From positions 1 to 27,902 of the forward strand of contig NW_021827564.1 in the NCBI RefSeq assembly GCF_006345805.1: 27,902 nt of DNA, written 5' to 3'. This DNA is from Octopus sinensis. Lineage: Eukaryota. Made by a program: the position numbers and the translations under genes. Below, one piece after another: positions 20,669-27,902 of the stretch. The notes beneath the pieces were generated by a model. The model saw only the letters and a program-made list of their open reading frames with translations. It had not been told where the DNA came from and made no database searches. The first letter of the stretch is position 1. Each line of letters opens with the position of its first letter.

Positions 20669-20762
20669 CCGAATAATTGTCACATATTACATTTACAGAT
20701 AAATTCCTCTATTTACATAATATTGAGGTCTCTTTCTTTCTTTTGTTATCTTACCGTTTTTA

Positions 20763-20801
<39 letters not shown>

Positions 20802-21335
20802 TAATGTGTGTGTGTGTGTGTGTGTGTAAATCTGTATGGATTCGTACGTATATATGTATGGATGTATAATAGGGAGTATTTGCAGAGAAATAGACACTGA
20901 AAAAGACAGACAAACACGGGTATAATTTTACATGTAGGTAGAGAGTTTTCCTTCAAGGGTGATCAGAAAAGATCACTGCGAAGTTCCTAAATCATTCACC
21001 ACTGCTATTAGTCTGAGAGGCAGATGTCATTCATCGATTATAACTGATATAGCAATGTAATATGATTCCATATAGAGATAAGGTAGCAATGTATTTAGAT
21101 ATCTTAGAATTGAGATTAATTTAATACGTCTAGAATCGAGCTGTAATCTCTGCAAAAGGGATTATTGTTGTAACTGTAAACTCTCTCCCACAGTAAGTAG
21201 TTATTATATAGTTTCGTGTGATTTGAGAATGGTTTCCAGAGATTAACGTGTAATTCTTCAAAACCGACTTATATTTATATCGTTTATTTTTAAATAGTTT
21301 ATGTTTTTATGGTACGTAATGTTGCAGCTATTGCT

Positions 21336-21469
21336 GCTGCTGCCACTACAACTACTACAACTACTACTACTACTAGCACCACCATTACTACTACTACTAC
21401 TACTACTAGCACCACCATTACTACTACTACTACTACTACTAGCACCACCATTACTACTACTACAACTAG

Positions 21470-21505
<36 letters not shown>

Positions 21506-21616
21506 AACTAGCACCACCATTACTACTACTACTACTACTACTACTAGCACCACCATTACTACTACTACAACTACTACTACTACTACTACTACTACTACAA
21601 CAACTAGCACCACCAT

Positions 21617-21648
<32 letters not shown>

Positions 21649-21883
21649 GCACCACCATTACTACTACTACTACTACTAGCACCACCATTACTACTACTAC
21701 TACTACTACTAGCACCACCATTACTACTACTACAACTAGCACCACTACTACTACTACTACTACTACTACAACTAGCACCACCATTACTACTACTACTACT
21801 ACTACTACTACTAGCACCACTACTACTACTACTACTACTACTAGCACCACCATTACTACTACTACTACTACTACTACAACTAG

Positions 21884-21918
<35 letters not shown>

Positions 21919-21977
21919 TTACTACTACTACAACTAGCACCACCATTACTACTACTACTACTACTACTACAACTAGC

Positions 21978-22009
<32 letters not shown>

Positions 22010-22019
22010 AACTAGCACC

Positions 22020-22056
<37 letters not shown>

Positions 22057-22071
22057 GCACCACCACCACTA

Positions 22072-22110
<39 letters not shown>

Positions 22111-22140
22111 TACTACTACTACTACTACTACTACTACTAG
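21336..22140. repeat. Higher-order (ACT)n minisatellite with recurring AGCACCACC(ATT) cassette
   Basis: More than 20 units of (ACT)n[ACAACT]AGCACCACC[ATT]; unit lengths are mostly multiples of 3. Confidence 0.95.
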
Positions 22141-22365
22141 GGTGGTGGGTTTTGAAGGTCATGGTCGTGATGTTGATGATGGTGATACTGATGATGTGCA
22201 GACGATGATGGTGATAAGGATGATGATAATTTTTTTGGAGGATGATAAAAAATATTGGAATATGCTGTTGACAAAAATAGTTAATTTATAATGTTTATTG
22301 CTTTTCATTTGTTCTCTTAACGAGGAAAATATATCTATTTAAAATGGCTGCCTTCTTAATTAATC

Positions 22366-22583
22366 TCTTTTACTTTACTTGTTTCAGTCATTTGACTGTG
22401 GCCATGCTGGAGCACCGCATTTAGTCGAACAAATCGACCCAGGACTTGTTCTTGTTAAGCCTAGTACTTATTCTATCGGTCTCCTTTGCCGAACCGCTAA
22501 GTTACGGGGACGTAAACAAACCAGCATCGGTTGTCAAGCGATGGTAGGGGGACAAACACAGACACACGAACATATACACACAC

Positions 22584-22614
<31 letters not shown>

Positions 22615-22773
22615 CGACGGGCTTCTTTCAGTTTCCGTCTACCAAATCCACTCACAAGGCTTTGGTCGGCCCGAGGCTATGGTAGAAGCCACTTGCCCAA
22701 GGTGCCACGCAGTGAAACTGTACCCGGAACCATGTGGTTGGTAAGCAAGCTACTTGCCACACAGCCATTCCTC
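22366..22773 (-). mobile_element. Full-length CORE-like tRNA-SINE
   Basis: Reverse complement of the 3828/9137 element with internal (TA)n. Confidence 0.93.
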
Positions 22774-23199
22774 ATATTGTTTTTTTTTTTTAATTCGTTC
22801 GTCTCTAATATCTTCAACTGATTACTTCTAGTCAAAAAGGTCAAGAGTACGCAGGGACTACAGCAGACTGTTTTAGTTTCATTAAGATGAAGGCAGTAAT
22901 ATATCAAACATTCTACATACAGGCATGCATAGATGCATATATATATATTCATGAATATATGTATATATGAGCATACGCACGCGCATTCGTTGTTCAATTA
23001 TCTGATCTCTGTGGATTCCGGTGTTTCTAATATTTATGGTAATGCTGGAGTGTGTGTATGGTTAAGCGAATGTTCATACTCATACACATACACGTGCACA
23101 CACTTACACTCACACACGCACAAACACATACACACACATATTATATATATATATATTATATATATATATATATATATATTATTTATATATATGTGTGTG

Positions 23200-23418
23200 T
23201 ATATATGTATGTATGTATTTGTGTGTCGCTGCTTGTCGGCCCCCCATCTCTTGACAACCGATGTTGGTGTGTTTACGTCCGCGTAAAATGCAAAAGAGAC
23301 CGATAGAATAAGTGCTAGGTTTACAAAAGAATGAGTCCTGGGGTCGATTTATTTGACTAAAGGCGGTGTTCCAGCATGGCCCCAGTCAAATGACGGAAAC
23401 AATAAGAGAATAAAAGAA
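23200..23418 (+). mobile_element. CORE-like SINE, 3' half
   Basis: cttgacaaccgatgttggtgtgtttacgtcc...gatagaataagtgctagg...cagtcaaatgacggaaac. Confidence 0.88.
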
Positions 23419-23529
23419 TATATATATATATATATAGATATATATATGATATATATATATATATATATCAAAGAAACTTAATCGGTAACTAACTATACGA
23501 TTCGTTTTTTCTGTCTCTTTATTGCTTTC

Positions 23530-23552
23530 TCCCTCTTCATTAATTCATTTCC

Positions 23553-23588
<36 letters not shown>

Positions 23589-23645
23589 ATTTTTTCTTTC
23601 TTTCTTTCGATGCGACTCTCCCTCTCTGACTTTCTCTCCCTCACC

Positions 23646-23676
<31 letters not shown>

Positions 23677-23959
23677 GTCTGTTGTTGTCTCTGTCTCCGC
23701 CTCTCCGCCTTTCGCTTACTTATCAAACCGAACTATTTGTCGTCTCGGTTCTAAGCAAAACACCTTTATTTCTCTTGTTTGTTCTGGAGGCCATTATCAT
23801 TATTATTATTTTCTTCTTCTTCTTCTTCTTCGTCTTCTTCTTCTTCTTATCTCTTCTTCTTTATTCTTCTTCTTCTTCTTCTTCTCTTATTATTAGTTAT
23901 TATTATATTATTATTATATTATTATTATTACTATTATATTATTATTATTATTATTATTA

Positions 23960-24006
<47 letters not shown>

Positions 24007-24110
24007 TATCATTATTATTATTATTATTATGATTATTATGTATTATTATTATTATAATTATTTTATTATTATTATTATCATCATCATCACCATCTCCATC
24101 ACCATTGTCA
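23530..24110. repeat. (CTTT)n, (GTCT)n, (CTT)n, (ATT)n, (ATC)n mosaic
   Basis: Direct tandem repeats; source of several poly-Y/I/L/S ORFs. Confidence 0.95.
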
Positions 24111-24751
24111 CCTCCTTACCCCTATACTTCTTTCTATGTTTAATATTTCGATTCTTTATTATTCATTTCTTTTTTTATCTTTTTGTGTTTTTAGCCATGT
24201 TCATATCGCAGTTTGTTTGTCTGAGCAGGCGTCTGGAAGACATAAAAAAGTAACAAAAAAAAAATAAAGAAAAATTACTCTTGATAAACAAATGATGTGT
24301 AAACAAAATAAATAAATGAACAAAACAATAAATAAATAAAATAAAAAATCATATGAAAAATTTCCCCAAACAAAAAAAAAATAACAACAACAAGTAGCTG
24401 AGAAGGGAAAGATAAAATAAACAAATAATTAAAAATGGTTGCTGAGTAAAGAAACGAAATTTTTTTCGAGTGTATTTAGCATAAAGGCAAGAAAATTGAA
24501 TCAAATGAGATGTCATGCCAATGTTATTGTCTCAATTTCTTCAAGTGTCTTCATTCAAAGAAATGAAACCCAAATAAAAGAATGGCCAGATACTTGCCAC
24601 TTCATATTAACGGTGGTCCGGAACAATGTAACGTCACGTGACTCATTTTAAGCATTACAACGAAGCACCTTCTCCAGCCGGATAACTGTAACAAAGTTTA
24701 TTTCTGATGGCTACTTTTATTGCCGAAAATCCGCTCATGCATTCACATGCA

Positions 24752-24930
24752 GACACACACACACACACACACACATACACACACACACAACACGTTCTCT
24801 CAACCTCTCTTCATATATATATCATATATATATATATGTGTAAAGATATTATATATATATATATATATATCTATATATATATATATATATATATACATAC
24901 ATATATGTATATATGTATATATGTATATAG

Positions 24931-24966
<36 letters not shown>

Positions 24967-24975
24967 ATATATATC
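24752..24975. repeat. (CA)n and (TA)n microsatellites
   Basis: Direct tandem repeats. Confidence 0.95.
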
Positions 24976-24978
24976 TGT

Positions 24979-25289
24979 GTGGAGGTGCAATGGCCAGTGG
25001 TTAGTGCAGCGAACTCGCGGTCGTAGGATCGCGGTCTCGATTCCCAGACCGGGCGTTGTGAGTTTTTATTGAGCGAAAACACCTAAAAGCTCCACGAGGC
25101 TCCGGCAGGGGCTGATGGTGATCCCTGCTGTACTCTTTCGCCACAGCTTTCTCTCACTCTTTCTTCTGTTGGCCTGCTCGCATAGCCAGCGGGGTGGCGT
25201 CATTTGAAGGCTAAAACAATGCGAAGTGCATTGTGACCAGCGATGTGTAGCAACATCTGATAGCCTGGTCGGTCACGGTGATCATGGTG
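24979..25289 (+). mobile_element. Full-length third tRNA-derived SINE family
   Basis: A box tggccagtgg (24991-25000), B-box-like ggtctcgattccc (25033-25045), tail (gtcacggtgatcatggtg), 14-bp TSD atatatatatctgt (24965-24978 / 25290-25303). Confidence 0.92.
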
Positions 25290-25785
25290 ATATATATATC
25301 TGTAGGAGTTAGAGTTTAAGAAACCATCAAAGGGATATTAAATATCCAATATACTACTGGATGTGTATTTTTAACCAAGTGCTTACTATTGCAGGGCATT
25401 TTAATCATATAACTGGAGAATCGAATTTGTGCTCATCCAATATGGTGAAGTTGCGGCTCGACCTGTGAAAATACCCTAATTCCCGTGGTAGGCACCTTGT
25501 CGAGTAACGTTATTCTAGAGATTCTCTGGAGGAATCCCAATTCTACCGCTTGTATTCACGATCGTACTGTTTCAATCATCAGCTATAAAATCACAAATTA
25601 TCTGGACTATTTCGCTAATGTTGTCTGTTATCGATACAGGGAGGATGAGTGAGTGCCAGATTCAGAGATATTTGAACTCTGAATGTGATGGGGCACGACC
25701 GAATGCTTGAAGGCATTTAATCCTTCTCCTAAGCTACATACAATTCCTTTCCTACAATAGGTGTTTCTAACATAGGCCTGAAATA

Positions 25786-25998
25786 TTCTTTCCTACTCTA
25801 GGCACAAGGCCCGAAATTTTGGGGGAGGTGGTCTATCGATTAAACCGATCCTAGTGCGTAACTGGTATTTAATTTGTCGACCCCGAAAGGATGAAAGGCA
25901 AAGTCAACCTCGGCGGAATTTGAACTCAGAACGTAGCGACAGACGAAATACCGCTAAGCATTTCGCCGGCGTGCTAACGTTTCTGCCAGTTCGCCGCC
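25786..25998 (-). mobile_element. Full-length Deu/Nin-like SINE (tail type C, ...gggccttgtgcctagagtaggaaagaa)
   Basis: Plus strand gtcgaccccgaaaggatgaaaggcaaagtcaacctcggcggaatttgaactcagaacgtagcgacagacg...gttcgccgcc. Confidence 0.93.
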
Positions 25999-26059
25999 TT
26001 CCAATGCCCGAAATATTGTATAATTAGGAGAGTTTAATCAAATAAAACAATCCTAATAT

Positions 26060-26345
26060 TTAAGTGGCACTTTATTGTAATGACCCTGAGAGCATGAAAG
26101 CAAAATTCGGCCTCAGCGGAAATTGAACTACGAACATTTTTTCCAATACCCTAGCGATTGCCAAAATCCATTCTCTGGCATATATAATGAATCCTAAGAC
26201 AGGAAAAAAAAACCTTGTTTTCGTCATAAAACGAATGGTCAAATTTTATTGATTCAAGCATTCGAAGGATAATCAATTTCTCGACCCGAGATGATATCGG
26301 CAGAGTCAATCCTAGGAGGATTTGAACTCGGAGTATATAATAACG
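26060..26345 (-). mobile_element. Two highly degenerate Deu/Nin-like SINE fragments
   Basis: gacc...atgaaagcaaaattcggcctcagcggaaattgaact (26081-26130) and tcgacccg...ggcagagtcaatcctaggaggatttgaactc (26281-26330). Confidence 0.65.
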
Positions 26346-27494
26346 TAACAAAATAATAATAATAATAATAATAATAAAAACAACTGTGACGCATTTTATC
26401 TAGTTTCCCTCTCGATTCTGCCATTCTTCAACGTTGCGTTTCATCGACCACATAATCCATTTATCAAGCCAGGAATTTCATAGACGATCTATTATCAAAC
26501 TGTAATCTTAAAGATCCTCTAACTATAATATACCATCGTATTAAATCGATTCTGATTCTCATGGCCAAAATTTTCTGGGAGGAAAAGCAAAGAGAGAGAG
26601 AGAAATAAAAAGAAATAAAAGAAAGGATTTATAATAAAAACTATTGGTGTTAGTCAATGAATTGCCAAATATATTAATATCGGGAAAGTTAAACGCCCAA
26701 TATTACAAGCGTTAACAAATATGTGCACATGATAAATACATGAATACGGCAACGGAACAATCAGGGGCGGGGTGGATACCACAAAAGATATTTCTTTACG
26801 CAAAAATTCCACCCACCCCCACACCACCAAAATAAAAAAAAACAGATAATAAGCGAACGAACATCGATACTCAATAGGTTTTAGTGTGATTATGGCTGGT
26901 ATTTATAAAATAATAAAAGGAAAGGGAAAAATTTCATTATTTTCTAAGCAAAATATTTTCCTTGAATTCATAAGAAATCCTACCAGATTTACCGATTCTG
27001 TTTTTTGTTTGTGTGTGTGTGTGTGTGTATTTGTGTCTGTGTGTGTGTGGTACAACGCTTTTTCTCTGTGTTTCTTGTGCTGCAAAGAAGTAAAAAGTAA
27101 TGAAAGAACTCACCAAAAACATTGGTAATACTCTAAAGCAAAGCTAATCCTATAAAAGTCTCCATTTAGAGTTGAAAGTATTCATTGCTGGCTTGTAGAA
27201 AGATCAAATGATGCGGTTCCGTTCAATTTAGATATAATTGCAATGTTGTATTTCATACGATTGGCGCTGAGTTATGGTAGATTCAGCAGCAGATGAAAAA
27301 GGAGGCTGCAAAAGAGAAGACAAAAATAAGAAACACAACAACAACCACAATAACTACAACTACAACAACAGGAATTTATTTACTGATTTGCTCTGGATTT
27401 TGTGGAAGTAATATTATTTATCTTTGTGAAACGGTTAACAGATTATTAAGAGAACACACGTCTATATTCAAGTATTAAGATGATGGGATAAGAT

Positions 27495-27687
27495 TGACAG
27501 ATGGATATATAGATAGACAGATAGATAATTAGATAGATCGAAGAGATTATGGGTAGACAGATATATATATATATAGATAGAGAGAGAGAGAGATATATAT
27601 AGATAGATAGACAGACAGACAGATATATATATATATATTTAGACAGATATATATATACATACATACATACATACATACATACATACA

Positions 27688-27719
<32 letters not shown>

Positions 27720-27902
27720 GACAGTCAGGTAGACAGAGGGGCAGAAAGACAGACAAACAGGTAGGCAGACAGACAGATAGATAGATAGATTGATAGGCAG
27801 CCAGGCAGCCAGACAGGTAGGCAGGCACAGAGAGACAGACAGACTGGTAGATAGAAAGATATATATATATATATATATATATAGGTAGGTAGATAGATAG
27901 AC
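27495..27902. repeat. (ATAG)n, (TA)n, (CATA)n, (GACA)n mosaic
   Basis: Direct tandem repeats. Confidence 0.95.

Larger units (their letters stand above)
20496..20700. repeat. About 205-bp near-perfect palindrome centred on TGGCCA (20592-20597)
   Basis: Arms of about 100 bp differ by 2 substitutions and 4 short indels. Confidence 0.97.

Noticed and set aside
21215-21270. Minus-strand tTGAAGA-atta...taat-ctctg-GAAA-ccattc
   Set aside because: Partial hammerhead look, but P1 and P3 do not pair
21336-22140. CRISPR-like repeat/spacer array
   Set aside because: The spacers are (ACT)n of variable length, not unique sequences; eukaryotic context and no cas genes
24981-25050. tRNA gene calls at SINE heads (also 3828, 9137, 10678)
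   Set aside because: A/B boxes are present, but they run into SINE bodies with tails and TSDs; no complete cloverleaf
25395-25444. Possible 50-bp plus-strand exon (ttgcag|...atg|gtgaag)
   Set aside because: Short, weak donor and no recognisable peptide; such signal pairs are common by chance
25555-25590. Minus-strand CTGATGA-tt-GAAA-cagta
   Set aside because: No P2 stem and no P1 partner; compatible with chance

Overview
AT-rich animal genomic DNA with no intact protein-coding gene. The three tRNA-headed SINE families and the dense microsatellites point to an octopod cephalopod (Octopus-like); this is inferred from recognised repeats, not from a database search. Almost all listed ORFs are microsatellite or SINE artefacts. 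The window contains about 7 copies of a CORE-like SINE with an internal microsatellite, about 10 copies or fragments of a Deu/Nin-like SINE, and one copy of a third tRNA-SINE. It also holds decayed autonomous elements: a Penelope-like element (RT + GIY-YIG), an R4/Dong LINE, a CR1 3' end and a maT/Tc1-mariner transposon. Two non-autonomous Helitrons sit in inverted orientation. The most interesting layer is not shown by the ORF track: several self-cleaving-ribozyme folds from different retroelement families. These are a 205-bp palindrome made of two back-to-back type I hammerheads on opposite strands (20496-20700), a second hammerhead fold-back (3624-3722) and further hammerhead motifs (2176, 8299, 20124). 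There is also a TSD-bounded 377-bp RTE-like non-autonomous element whose 5' head folds like an HDV-type ribozyme rather than a tRNA (4267-4643). All RNA folds were assigned by eye and are untested.
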